Shown: positions 9,032-18,577 of the stretch, piece by piece | Position numbering within the stretch: position 1 is the stretch's first letter | How the letters are laid out: every line of letters starts with the position of its first letter | Source of the DNA: Candidatus Terrybacteria bacterium RIFCSPHIGHO2_01_FULL_43_35 | GTDB taxonomy: Bacteria; Patescibacteriota; Minisyncoccia; Terrybacterales; GWB1-40-14 | Direction: 5' to 3' | NCBI GenBank assembly: GCA_001822815.1 | Contig: MHSR01000008.1 | Span: forward strand, 49,602-113,601 | DNA: 64,000 nucleotides | Position numbers and translations under genes: made by a program | Notes under the pieces: generated by a model | Seen by the model: only the letters and a program-made list of their open reading frames with translations | What the model was told of the DNA's origin: nothing | Database searches by the model: none

Positions 9032-9490
9032 ATGGGTAAGAAACACATAATTCTAAAAACTGATGAAGAGCTTATTCGCGAAAGAGAGGCGGTGGAAGCT
9101 GGTGTACAGCGTGCTGTCACGGCGATTAAACCTATAGTTAAAAAACTAGCCAACGCACAGGTACACATACTTGCTTCTTATAATAATGTTATAGTTTCAC
9201 TTACTGATGAAGATGGGAATGTTATGGCGTGGTCATCCTCCGGAACATTGGGTTTTAGAGGATCAAAGAAAGCTACCCCCTTTGCGGCCTCGCGAGTTGC
9301 CGAAGCGGTCGCAGAAAAAGGTAAAACTTTAGGCGTCGTGTCCGTTTCAGTTTTCGTAAAGGGCATAGGTAGCGGCAGAGAATCGGCTATACGTTCTCTA
9401 GCTTCTCATGGTCTTGATATACGAGCCATTCAGGACGTTACGCCTATTCCGCATAATGGGCCACGACCACGAAAGCCGCGCAGAGTATAA
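9032..9490 (+). CDS. rpsK: 30S ribosomal protein S11
   Basis: '...HILASYNNVIVSLTDEDGNVMAWSSSGTLGFRGSKKATPFAA...' matches S11; it has a short N-terminal extension. Confidence 0.95.
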   Translation: MGKKHIILKTDEELIREREAVEAGVQRAVTAIKPIVKKLANAQVHILASYNNVIVSLTDEDGNVMAWSSSGTLGFRGSKKATPFAASRVAEAVAEKGKTLGVVSVSVFVKGIGSGRESAIRSLASHGLDIRAIQDVTPIPHNGPRPRKPRRV

Positions 9491-9535
9491 AATATCCTTA
9501 AACAATTATTTAATTATTTTTAAATTTAAATAAAA

Positions 9536-10165
9536 ATGATAGGCGCAAAATGTAAAATTTGCAGAAGGGCTGGTCAAAAATTGTTTTTGAAAGGGGACAG
9601 GTGTTTTAGTCCTAAGTGCGCTATAGTCAGAAGACCATATCCACCGGGGGTTCACGGGCAAAAATCACGGCCTTCCCGTTCCGAATTCGGACTACAGCTT
9701 GCGGAAAAGCGCAAGCTTGAAGCTTCTTATCATATCGATGAACGCGACTTAAAAAGGATAGTCAAAGAAGGCAGTAGCACGCGGCCTCAAAATTTGGATA
9801 TAGCCGATATGATAGTAAACCGTCTCGAATCTCGTTTAGATAACGTAATTTACAGATTAGGTTTTGTCGTATCAAGATCCGTTGCGAGACAGCTGGTTTC
9901 ACACGGCCATTTTTATATAAATGATCGGCGCATGGATATTCCTTCGTATTTACTTCGCATTGGTGATAAGGTTTCTATACGTCCGGCAAGTAAGGATAAG
10001 AGTCCGTTTAAAAATATGGCTTCGCATCTTGAAAAATACACCCCTCCTTCGTGGATTGAATTAGACAAACAAGAATTAAACGGGAAGGTTATTGGCGTTC
10101 CCAACCGTAGTGAAATTGGCTTGCCCGTGGATTTGAGCATGATTGTAGCTTATTATTCTCGTTAA
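9536..10165 (+). CDS. rpsD: 30S ribosomal protein S4
   Basis: 'KCKICRRAGQKLFLKGDRCFSPKCA' zinc-ribbon N-terminus and an S4 domain. Confidence 0.95.
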   Translation: MIGAKCKICRRAGQKLFLKGDRCFSPKCAIVRRPYPPGVHGQKSRPSRSEFGLQLAEKRKLEASYHIDERDLKRIVKEGSSTRPQNLDIADMIVNRLESRLDNVIYRLGFVVSRSVARQLVSHGHFYINDRRMDIPSYLLRIGDKVSIRPASKDKSPFKNMASHLEKYTPPSWIELDKQELNGKVIGVPNRSEIGLPVDLSMIVAYYSR

Positions 10166-10200
10166 TATTTTATCTTTTATTTTGTTAAATCATCAAAATT

Positions 10201-10956
10201 ATGATTTCTTTACCAACCAAACCAGCAATTATTAAACACGAAGGCAATAATGCCGTATTTGAAATAACACAACTTTATCCAGGTTACGGTGTAACATTAG
10301 GCAACGTTTTAAGAAGAATACTGTTATCTTCTTTGCCTGGAGCCGCGGTGACCGAAGTTAAAATAAGGAATATTGACCACGAGTTCACATCTATACCAGG
10401 AGTAAAAGAAAATGTTGTTGATCTTTTACTTAACGTCAAGAAGCTTAGGTTTAGAGTAAACGGTAATGAACCACAGAATGTTAAGCTTGAAGTTAAAGGA
10501 GAAAGAAAAGTTAGTGGAGTGGATCTTGAAGCTCCCGGTCAAGTCGAAGTGGTTTCAACTCAAGAACACATTGCCACTCTTACTGATAAGAAGGCAGAGT
10601 TGTATATGGAGCTGACTGTTGAAAGCGGCGTGGGTTATCTGCCAGTTGAAATGAGAAAAAAGGAAAAGCTTTCTGTCGGCAATATTTCCGTGGACGCCAT
10701 TTTTACTCCAGTCAGGAAGGTCAATTTTTCTGTAGAAAATATGCGCGTTGGCGACAGAACAGATTACAATCGTTTGATTTTAGAAATAGAGACCGATGGA
10801 ACTATTTCTCCTGAAAATGCTTTGATCGGAGCGGCAACAATTTTGGTTGAACAGGCTGCGGCAATAGCCGATTGGTCTCTGCCACCAAGGGAAGGATTGG
10901 AATTGAAAACATTGAGTGACGGCGTAGCAAAAAAGACTAAACGTTCTAAGAAGTAA
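10201..10956 (+). CDS. rpoA: DNA-directed RNA polymerase alpha subunit, N-terminal domain only (251 aa)
   Basis: Alpha-NTD dimerisation/assembly region is recognisable. The protein ends about 80-90 aa short of a typical alpha subunit, so no C-terminal domain is encoded. Confidence 0.85.
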   Translation: MISLPTKPAIIKHEGNNAVFEITQLYPGYGVTLGNVLRRILLSSLPGAAVTEVKIRNIDHEFTSIPGVKENVVDLLLNVKKLRFRVNGNEPQNVKLEVKGERKVSGVDLEAPGQVEVVSTQEHIATLTDKKAELYMELTVESGVGYLPVEMRKKEKLSVGNISVDAIFTPVRKVNFSVENMRVGDRTDYNRLILEIETDGTISPENALIGAATILVEQAAAIADWSLPPREGLELKTLSDGVAKKTKRSKK

Positions 10957-10976
10957 TTTATAAGGATAACCGCGTC

Positions 10977-11324
10977 ATGCGCAAGAGGAAAAGAGGGAGA
11001 AAATTTCATCGCGAGAGTTCACAAAGAAAAGCTATGATGTCTCATTTGACATCAGCTTTATTCATTAACGGAAAAATAAAAACTACCGAAGCCAAGGCAA
11101 AAGAACTGAAGCCTCTAGCCGAGCAGATGATAACACGAGCTAAAAAAGGAACCTTGGCAAATCGCAGGCAACTAGCACAAACACTTCCCAATAAAGTCGT
11201 TAAGGTTTTGGTTGATGAAATAGCGCCGAGACTATCCGCAAGAAACGGCGGCTATACGCGTATTACTAAATTGGCTGCCAGAAAAAGCGATGGCGCGTCA
11301 CAGGCCGTGATAGAAATCATGTAA
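10977..11324 (+). CDS. rplQ: 50S ribosomal protein L17
   Basis: 'MRKRKRGRKFHRESSQRKAMMSHLTSALF...GGYTRITKL' matches L17. Confidence 0.9.
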   Translation: MRKRKRGRKFHRESSQRKAMMSHLTSALFINGKIKTTEAKAKELKPLAEQMITRAKKGTLANRRQLAQTLPNKVVKVLVDEIAPRLSARNGGYTRITKLAARKSDGASQAVIEIM

Positions 11325-11337
11325 ACATTTTCCAAAT

Positions 11338-11703
11338 ATGCAGAGAAAAAATATCACCATTGATGCTTCCGGCAAAAAAGTAGGCCGTTTGGCTGTTCAG
11401 ATAGCAAATATTTTGCGCGGTAAAGACGCGTCTAATTTTGCGCCCAATCTTGATCCCGGCGTCAGTGTCTCGGTTATCAATGTGGGCAGAATGGAATTTT
11501 CCAAACGAAAACAGCGCAGCAAGACATATTGGCGACATTCTGGTTATCTTGGAGGTATTAAATTTACCTCCGCTGAATATCTATGGAAGAAAAACCCCAA
11601 TGAAGTATTACGTCGAGCGATTTGGGGCATGTTGCCGAGTAATCGTTTACGGGCAAGAATGATGAGACATTTGGAAATTTTATCTGGAGAAAAGAATAAA
11701 TAA
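11338..11703 (+). CDS. rplM: 50S ribosomal protein L13
   Basis: '...ASGKKVGRLAVQIANILRGKD...' matches the L13 family. Confidence 0.9.
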   Translation: MQRKNITIDASGKKVGRLAVQIANILRGKDASNFAPNLDPGVSVSVINVGRMEFSKRKQRSKTYWRHSGYLGGIKFTSAEYLWKKNPNEVLRRAIWGMLPSNRLRARMMRHLEILSGEKNK

Positions 11704-11714
11704 AGTTGTAAAAT

Positions 11715-12245
11715 ATGCCCAAAAAGGTTGCTACAACAAAGAAAAAGAAACCTAAAGCTAAAATTACTCATTCCGTATCAAAAACGGCAGAACATTCTGT
11801 TATTGAGGAAATTAAACCAGATTTGAAAAAGACGAGCGAAGATAAAGGGAAAGAAAAATTCTTTTCAGCCGTGGGAAGACGCAAAACCGCTATCGCCAGA
11901 GTCCGTCTCTTTACTAAAGGAGATAAAGGTGCAGTAGTCAACGGTAAATCTTTGGATGACTATTTCCACAATAATCTTGAGTTCGCCACGCTCGCGGCTT
12001 CATCATTAAGTCGCATGAAGGTTACAGATAAATTTCGCGCTATAATCAATGTTTCTGGTGGCGGTCTTCATGCGCAAGCCGAAGCCATAAGGCATGCCAC
12101 AGCGCGAGCCCTTGTTTTGTTTAATCCCGACTTCAGAAAGAGATTAAAGAGAGCCGGATTCTTAACTCGCGATTCACGCATGGTTGAACGCAAGAAATAC
12201 GGATTAAAAAAGGCTCGCCGAGCCCCGCAGTGGCAGAAACGATAG
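11715..12245 (+). CDS. rpsI: 30S ribosomal protein S9 with a Lys-rich N-terminal extension
   Basis: C-terminus '...GGGLHAQAEAIRHATARALV...KKARRAPQWQKR' is canonical S9; the first ~45 aa are low-complexity and basic. Confidence 0.9.
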   Translation: MPKKVATTKKKKPKAKITHSVSKTAEHSVIEEIKPDLKKTSEDKGKEKFFSAVGRRKTAIARVRLFTKGDKGAVVNGKSLDDYFHNNLEFATLAASSLSRMKVTDKFRAIINVSGGGLHAQAEAIRHATARALVLFNPDFRKRLKRAGFLTRDSRMVERKKYGLKKARRAPQWQKR

Positions 12246-12295
12246 CATTGTTGACAGTGTTATTAATTTGTTAGGACTAACAGAAAATAAAAGAT

Positions 12296-12325
12296 TTAAA
12301 AATCACTTGATGATAAGTGGTTTTT
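12296..12325. terminator. Bidirectional terminator hairpin between convergent rpsI (+) and the minus-strand gene
   Basis: 'aaaaatcacttgatgataagtggttttt': stem 'atcactt/aagtggt' with A-run and T-run on both sides. Confidence 0.4.
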
Positions 12326-12335
12326 ATATATGTGT

Positions 12336-13745
12336 CTAAAATCCAAATAAACCTTCAATGCGCGGAACTTCGGTTGAATAAAGTTCCTTACCATCTGTGG
12401 CTAAAAATTCCTGGGTTTGGCGCAGGGCTTGTATTTTAGTCGCGTCATTCAGCAGTATTCCGGTGTTGATATTATCCCTGACATCTATCTCATATATCAG
12501 AAGCCTATTCCCATCTTGAATCATCACATGCTCGTTTTGATGATGCCACCAGACATTGCTTAATTCTGTGCTCAACCTTGCAATAAGATCATGACTTCCG
12601 GTTTTGTGGTCGGGATTAAAAATATCCTTTAGGTAATAGATAAGTATTTCATGATCAGAAGCCAGTAGAACCTTTTTGTTATCTGCAGAGAAAGAAAGAT
12701 GATTTATATTGTCAGCTATCGGCTCAAAGCTCCCGTTTTGTTTGTTTAGAAGCCAAATATGCCCTCCGTTAATTCTTTGTACGGCAACGTTTTCCCCTTG
12801 TTCGTCAACAAAAATTCTAATATCTGCTCCATCTTGGAAGGGTAGCGTATATGGCGAAATTTGTTTAAGTCCAGAACCGTCAGGTTCAATACGCAAAACC
12901 ATATTCGCCTTATCAACAAAAAATATTTCTTTAGACGTTGCAGCAAAAGCTTTTACGTCTTTGGCTATTTCATGTGGTGCGGAAAATATATTTTTATCTC
13001 TTTTATAATCCACACTTGCTAATGAAGGCAGTTTGTCGTTGCGCCTTTCTATTAATCCAGCAACAAAAACGCCATTCGCTGACAAAAGTTCAGGGTTTTT
13101 CAAACCGAAAATTGATGCGGGGTTGTAGGGACTTGTTTTATAAATATCCAGTAGTTCGGTTTTGATCGCACCGGAATTACTTTCATTAATAAGCAGGAAA
13201 TTGCCATCTGGCGACCATTCTTGAGGCAAAGCCTTTAGGGTCCAAGGTAAGAATGCGTCATTGCCTCGATCCCATATTTTTATCTTGCCGGATGAATATT
13301 TTAGCGCCACTGTGTTTCCTTTAGGTGCGGCCGAAAAATCAACAATATTTTCCGGATCTTGAGATGTTAGCAGAATCTTTTTATCTATCTTTTGCGGCAA
13401 CAATAGTATGTTGGCAAACCGCGCTGTTTTTTCTGAATCAATATTTACTTCTTTTTGCCAACTATCAAATCCTTCTTTTTCTACGCGGATTTTTTTTATT
13501 CCAGGTAGCAAGTTTCTTATAAGGACGCTTGAATTAATGGGAGAAACGGTTTTTTCAAGATTATTATCAATAAATATTCTTGCTCCGCGTACATTCATAT
13601 TCAAAAATACCGCTCCTGTTTGAACAAGTTTTCTTTGGTTAATATCTAATCTCCAGCCATTGGCATAAAGCAATAGCGAAGGCGCGGCAACCGCAAATAC
13701 GCATATAAATAGAGCAAATATTACTAAGCGGAGTCTGGACATCAC
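12336..13745 (-). CDS. Membrane-anchored PEGA-domain / beta-propeller (TolB/PD40-like) protein
   Basis: GTG/ATG start and an N-terminal TM helix. A PEGA-like segment ('NMNVRGARIFIDNNLEKTVSP...'), then repeated 'PDG/SPDG' propeller-like motifs. Confidence 0.45.
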   Translation of the reverse strand: MMSRLRLVIFALFICVFAVAAPSLLLYANGWRLDINQRKLVQTGAVFLNMNVRGARIFIDNNLEKTVSPINSSVLIRNLLPGIKKIRVEKEGFDSWQKEVNIDSEKTARFANILLLPQKIDKKILLTSQDPENIVDFSAAPKGNTVALKYSSGKIKIWDRGNDAFLPWTLKALPQEWSPDGNFLLINESNSGAIKTELLDIYKTSPYNPASIFGLKNPELLSANGVFVAGLIERRNDKLPSLASVDYKRDKNIFSAPHEIAKDVKAFAATSKEIFFVDKANMVLRIEPDGSGLKQISPYTLPFQDGADIRIFVDEQGENVAVQRINGGHIWLLNKQNGSFEPIADNINHLSFSADNKKVLLASDHEILIYYLKDIFNPDHKTGSHDLIARLSTELSNVWWHHQNEHVMIQDGNRLLIYEIDVRDNINTGILLNDATKIQALRQTQEFLATDGKELYSTEVPRIEGLFGF

Positions 13746-13795
13746 CTATTAGTATAACCCGCCCAGCCTTAATTTTTAAATTAGAGCTGAGCTTG

Positions 13796-13923
13796 CCCCG
13801 TTAGAAATTTACAGCAGTTATTTCATATTTGTTGTAAATCTAGGCCTTTGTGGCATATGCAACAGTGAGAAAAGGCCGTTGCCTTTTCTCACGGCTAGAT
13901 ATCACCGTAAACTTCTAACGGGG
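13796..13923. repeat. MITE-like repeat, copy B (~128 bp), same family as 7926..8054
   Basis: Ends 'ccccgttagaaatttacagcag' and 'cgtaaacttctaacgggg'; the interior is near-identical to copy A with a few substitutions. Flanked by 'cttg' on both sides and by a 14-bp direct repeat 'gccttaatttttaa' at 13767 and 13965. Confidence 0.6.
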
Positions 13924-14002
13924 CTTGCTATATATGTATAATTGGGTTATTATTTTGTTGGCTGGCCTTAATTTTTAACTATTTTTAAGCGCCTCCAATT
14001 TC

Positions 14003-15271
14003 ATGAACGGCCGTTTCTTAATAAAAGGTGGAAGGGCATTAAATGGCGACGTTTCGGTTTGGGGTTCAAAGAACTCCGCCACGAAGCTTCTTGCCGCTTG
14101 CCTTTTGACTAAAGAACCTTGTTATATAGAAAATGTTCCCAAGATTGCCGACGTTTTTACAATGATAGATATTTTAAGAGGTCTTGGGGCCGATATAGAA
14201 TGGAATAATGAGCGATCATTACATGTTGTCTGTGCCAACATTAATCCTGAAAAACTTAATAGAGAATTAGTCGGTCATTTGCGCTCATCGGTTGTGTTGC
14301 TGGGACCGCTTTTTGCAAGATTCCACGAGGTTAAATCTCCCTATCCCGGTGGTGATCGTATAGGCGCCCGTCCCATAAAAACCCATCTGGACGTTTTTCG
14401 TGCTTTGGGTGCCGAAATTTTAGAGGAATCTGATGGCGTAACTATAAAAAGAGACTCTGTCGTGTCTGGTAGCAAAGTAGTCCTGCGTGAGCTTTCGGTG
14501 ACGGCTACGGAAAACGCTTTAATGGCCGCAAGTCTTGTAACGCATGAAACTAAAATTTATATCGCGGCGGCAGAGCCCAGTATTCATGACTTGATTGCCT
14601 TTTTAAGAAGTATGGGCGTGGATATCAGTGGAGACGGAACCCACACTTTGGTTGTTCGCGGTAAGGAAAAGTTGGGCGGAGGCAGGTTGGCGGTTAGCCC
14701 GGATTATTTAGATGCGGCAACATTTACCATTGCGGCTATCGCGACAAAAGGCCATGTTAAAATCCATGGCTCAAATCCGGATCATTTGCTGTTGGTTTTT
14801 GAAAAATTAAAAGAAATGGGCGCAGACATAAGGCTTAATAAGGACGTTATAGAGATAGTGCCAGTTAGTGCTCCGCTTCGCGCAGTTAATATACAAGCGA
14901 TGGTCTATCCCGGCATACCCACCGATCTGCAGTCTATTTTTGGAGTTTTGGCAACTCAGATGGTAGGCACAACTCTTATACACGACCCTCTTTTTGAAGG
15001 ACGATTCCGTTATATAGAAGAGCTTAACCGCATGGGTGCCAACGCTTTTGTTATAGACCCCCATCGTGCTTTAATAAATGGGCCAACGGCCCTGACCGGT
15101 ATTCCTATAAGTAGTTTGGACATAAGAAGTGGCGCTGCTCTGGTAATAGCGGGGTTGGTTGCAAACGGTGAGACCTTGATTAATGATGTTTATCAGATAG
15201 ATCGCGGCTATGAAGCTATTGATCAGCGTTTAAAGATACTAGGAGCGGACATAATAAGATTGTCGGAATAA
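14003..15271 (+). CDS. murA: UDP-N-acetylglucosamine 1-carboxyvinyltransferase
   Basis: EPSP-synthase fold: 'FLIKGGRALNGDVSVWGSKNSATKLLAACLL' is the MurA N-terminus; ~420 aa. Confidence 0.9.
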   Translation: MNGRFLIKGGRALNGDVSVWGSKNSATKLLAACLLTKEPCYIENVPKIADVFTMIDILRGLGADIEWNNERSLHVVCANINPEKLNRELVGHLRSSVVLLGPLFARFHEVKSPYPGGDRIGARPIKTHLDVFRALGAEILEESDGVTIKRDSVVSGSKVVLRELSVTATENALMAASLVTHETKIYIAAAEPSIHDLIAFLRSMGVDISGDGTHTLVVRGKEKLGGGRLAVSPDYLDAATFTIAAIATKGHVKIHGSNPDHLLLVFEKLKEMGADIRLNKDVIEIVPVSAPLRAVNIQAMVYPGIPTDLQSIFGVLATQMVGTTLIHDPLFEGRFRYIEELNRMGANAFVIDPHRALINGPTALTGIPISSLDIRSGAALVIAGLVANGETLINDVYQIDRGYEAIDQRLKILGADIIRLSE

Positions 15272-15307
15272 AATATACGCTAAAAATATAATTTAATTTT
15301 AAATTCT

Positions 15308-16330
15308 GTGCACATGTCCTTATTTATTAAAAAATTAGGAATAGATCTTGGCACCACCAATTCTTTGGTGTTTGTCCCCGGCAAAGGAATTATTTTAAAC
15401 GAGCCTACGGTCGTAGCCATTTCTACCATCGATAATAAAGTTCTTGCCGTGGGTGCGGAAGCCAAAGAAATGATCGGTCGCACGCCAGAGACAATCGTTG
15501 CTCATCGTCCAATGAAGGACGGTGTTATTTCCGATTACCGCATAACCGAAGCCATGCTGCGCTATTTTATAGGGCGGGCCGTGGGCTCTTTTATGATTCT
15601 AAAGCCGGATGTTATGGTGTCTGTTCCGGCCGGTATCACCTCAACCGAGAGACGGGCGGTAACTGAAGCGACGGTTCGTTCGGGCGCCAAAGCGGCTTAT
15701 GTCGTTAAAGAACCTATTTTAGCGGCTATAGGCGCAGGGTTGCCGATAAATTCCGCTTACGGAAACATGATTGTTAATATAGGCGGCGGCACTAGCGAAG
15801 TTGCCGTAATCGCCCTTGGCGGTATTGTCAGTTGGGCTTCGGTGCGCGTGGCGGGAAATAAAATAGATCAGGCCATCGCCGATTATATAAAGAAAAAGCA
15901 CAATCTTGCTATTGGCGAGCGCACGGCGGAATATATAAAAGTTAACATTGGCAGTGCTGTGGCCGAAAAAGGTAAAGACGAGAGTATGGAAATAAGAGGT
16001 CGCGATCTCTTAAATGGTTTGCCGCGTACCATAGTCGTAAAATCCAGCGAAATCACCGAGGCAATTTACGATCCTTTAAGAGAAATAATTCTTGCTATAA
16101 AGACCGTATTGCGGGAAACGCCTCCGGAATTAGCCGCTGACATAATTGAGCACGGCATGGTTCTGTCTGGCGGCACGGCTTTGTTGCGTAATATTGATCA
16201 ATTTATAAGCACATCCTGTGGTGTTAATGCCAGTGTTGCTGATGAACCGTTGTTATGCGTCGCCAAGGGTACCGGAGTCGCGCTTGAAAATTTAGACGCA
16301 TATAAGAAAAGCATCATTACGCGTAGGTAA
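15308..16330 (+). CDS. mreB: Rod shape-determining protein MreB (paralog 1)
   Basis: 'GIDLGTTNSLVFV...EPTVVA...GRTPE...' are actin-fold MreB signatures; 340 aa. Confidence 0.9.
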   Translation: MHMSLFIKKLGIDLGTTNSLVFVPGKGIILNEPTVVAISTIDNKVLAVGAEAKEMIGRTPETIVAHRPMKDGVISDYRITEAMLRYFIGRAVGSFMILKPDVMVSVPAGITSTERRAVTEATVRSGAKAAYVVKEPILAAIGAGLPINSAYGNMIVNIGGGTSEVAVIALGGIVSWASVRVAGNKIDQAIADYIKKKHNLAIGERTAEYIKVNIGSAVAEKGKDESMEIRGRDLLNGLPRTIVVKSSEITEAIYDPLREIILAIKTVLRETPPELAADIIEHGMVLSGGTALLRNIDQFISTSCGVNASVADEPLLCVAKGTGVALENLDAYKKSIITRR

Positions 16331-16334
16331 ATGT

Positions 16335-17438
16335 ATGATTATCGGAGTACATGCCGGAAGCCAAATAAACGGTTTGCGCACTGGGGTTGAAGAATATATA
16401 TATCAGCTTTCGCGAAGTTTTAGTCAATTGGCAGATGCCAAAAAGCATACATTTATTTTTTATAGCAAGGACGGCAATATTCTAGATCAGTCATTGATCG
16501 CTAAAGATAACGGCCCGGAGGCGGGCCGCTTTGTTTCCAAAAAGTTGCGCTGGCCATTTTTTTGGACGCAAATGCGTCTTTCCGCCGAATGCATACTTAA
16601 TCCGCCGGATGTTTTATTTTCACCTGTTCAGGTTCCACCTCTTTTGACAAAAGTCAAAACAGTTATAACTGTCCATGGTTTAGAATTCTTGTATTTTCCG
16701 GATAAGTATTCCGCATTTAACCATAGCTATCTTTATTGGGGAACGCGAGCAGCATTAAAAAAAGCCGCGCATATAATCGCCGTATCCGAATCCACTAAAG
16801 CTGACTTGATAAATTATTTCAATCAGGATCCGACCAAGATCAGTGTTGTATACCATGGTTTCTCATCTCCAGAAAAAAATACGCCCTCCGCTCATGCTTT
16901 GGATGCGCCGTATTTTATATATATAGGCCGCATTGAAACCAAGAAGAATGTTGACGGCTTAATCCAAGCATTTGATATGTTTAAACAGCGCAAAGGGAGT
17001 GATCACCAATTGATGCTAGTAGGTAAAAATGGGTTTGGGTTTGATTCTATTTTGAAAGCGGCTAAAGAGTCAAAGAGTTTTAAAGACGTCATATTCGCCG
17101 GCTATTTAGATGAAGAGAGTAAATGGCGTTTGCTGCGGTATGCTGAAGCTTTAGTTTTCCCATCGTGGTATGAAGGTTTTGGCTTGCCGATACTTGAGGC
17201 TCAGGCTTTAGGCGTCCCCGTCATTTGCGGCAATAATTCCAGCATGCCGGAAGTTGCCGGCCAAGGCGCAATATTTGTTGATGTGTCGTCCGCTGACCAG
17301 ATAGCTGAAGCTTTGGATAAAATTTCATCGGATAAATATTTACGTCGTGATATAATTGATAAAGGTACAGATAATTCAAGACGTTTCAGTTGGGAACATT
17401 GCGCTCAAAATACGTTACAGATTCTTACGCAAATATGA
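16335..17438 (+). CDS. Glycosyltransferase family 4 (GT-B fold)
   Basis: C-terminal 'EGFGLPILEAQALGVPVI' (the ExFG...E motif typical of GT4). Confidence 0.8.
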   Translation: MIIGVHAGSQINGLRTGVEEYIYQLSRSFSQLADAKKHTFIFYSKDGNILDQSLIAKDNGPEAGRFVSKKLRWPFFWTQMRLSAECILNPPDVLFSPVQVPPLLTKVKTVITVHGLEFLYFPDKYSAFNHSYLYWGTRAALKKAAHIIAVSESTKADLINYFNQDPTKISVVYHGFSSPEKNTPSAHALDAPYFIYIGRIETKKNVDGLIQAFDMFKQRKGSDHQLMLVGKNGFGFDSILKAAKESKSFKDVIFAGYLDEESKWRLLRYAEALVFPSWYEGFGLPILEAQALGVPVICGNNSSMPEVAGQGAIFVDVSSADQIAEALDKISSDKYLRRDIIDKGTDNSRRFSWEHCAQNTLQILTQI

Positions 17439-18562
17439 AAATAGCATTAGTCCACGATTATTTAGTTCGTTTTGGCGGCGCGGAACGCGTGCTTTTTTCC
17501 ATACATAAGATTTTTCCGCGGGCGCCTATTTTCACGTTAGTATGGGATGAAAGGAAAATGCGTCAATATTTTCCGGATGCTAAAATTAAGCCATCTTTTT
17601 TAAATAAGTTTCCTAAATTTTTAAGTTTAAATCCACGCAGGCTGGCCTTTTTGTTGCCCATGGCCGTTGAGTCTATCGATTTCTCCGATTATGACATGGT
17701 GATTTCTTCATCTTCCGCTTTTGTTAAGGGAATTGTAACGCGTACTAATACCGTTCACATATGTTATTGCCATGCGCCATCAAGATTCATGTGGGAATGG
17801 TCTCATAATTATTTAAAGGATAGACGGTTTAATCGATTTTCACGTCCGTTTGCATCGTTTTTTTTGAATTACTTGCGTATATGGGACGTAAACGCTGCAC
17901 AGCGAGTGGATCATTTTCTGGCTAATTCTAATTTTACCGCCTCCCGCATCCATAAGTATTACCGTAAGGATTCTACGGTTCTTTATCCACCAGTGCGCCG
18001 GTCAGAAATCGCAATTGGCGGGGATAATCCTCTTGGTGATAAAAAATTCTTTATCATCGTTTCGCAATTGGCAAACGCCAAGCGTATAGATTTAGCGATT
18101 AATGCTTTCAAGAAGCTTGAAATACCCTTGGTAATAATAGGGGAAGGACCAGAAAAAAGAAGACTTGAAAAAGCAGCCGGTAAAGAAACAATATTTCTTG
18201 GACGTTTATCCGATCAAGAAGTGGATAAATACTTGGCGCACGCTCAGGGCTTTATTTTTCCAGGCGAGGACGATTTTGGTATAGCTCCAGTTGAGGCAAT
18301 GATGCACGGCAAACCGGTGCTGGCTTTGCGCAAAGGCGGGGCCACGGAAACAGTAATTGAAGGAGTGACCGGAGAGTTTTTTGATTCTTTGGACGTTGAG
18401 ACTATTGCCGATGGTGTCAGGCGCATGCGTAAAAATATATCTGAAGGCAAATATGATCCGAGAACCATCAAAAATCACGCCGAGAAATTTTCTGAAGAAC
18501 AATTTAAGCTCGGGTTGCTAGATTTTTTGAAGGAGCTGGAAATAACTAATGCGAGGCAATAA
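17435..18562 (+). CDS. Glycosyltransferase family 4 (GT-B fold); the listed ORF has a TTG-initiated N-terminal overlap
   Basis: 'EDDFGIAPVEAMMHGKPVLA...GGATETV' GT4 C-terminal motif; the ATG at 17435 gives 'MKIALVHDY...'. Confidence 0.8.
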   Translation: MKIALVHDYLVRFGGAERVLFSIHKIFPRAPIFTLVWDERKMRQYFPDAKIKPSFLNKFPKFLSLNPRRLAFLLPMAVESIDFSDYDMVISSSSAFVKGIVTRTNTVHICYCHAPSRFMWEWSHNYLKDRRFNRFSRPFASFFLNYLRIWDVNAAQRVDHFLANSNFTASRIHKYYRKDSTVLYPPVRRSEIAIGGDNPLGDKKFFIIVSQLANAKRIDLAINAFKKLEIPLVIIGEGPEKRRLEKAAGKETIFLGRLSDQEVDKYLAHAQGFIFPGEDDFGIAPVEAMMHGKPVLALRKGGATETVIEGVTGEFFDSLDVETIADGVRRMRKNISEGKYDPRTIKNHAEKFSEEQFKLGLLDFLKELEITNARQ

Positions 18563-18577
18563 GTATTAATTAAAATC

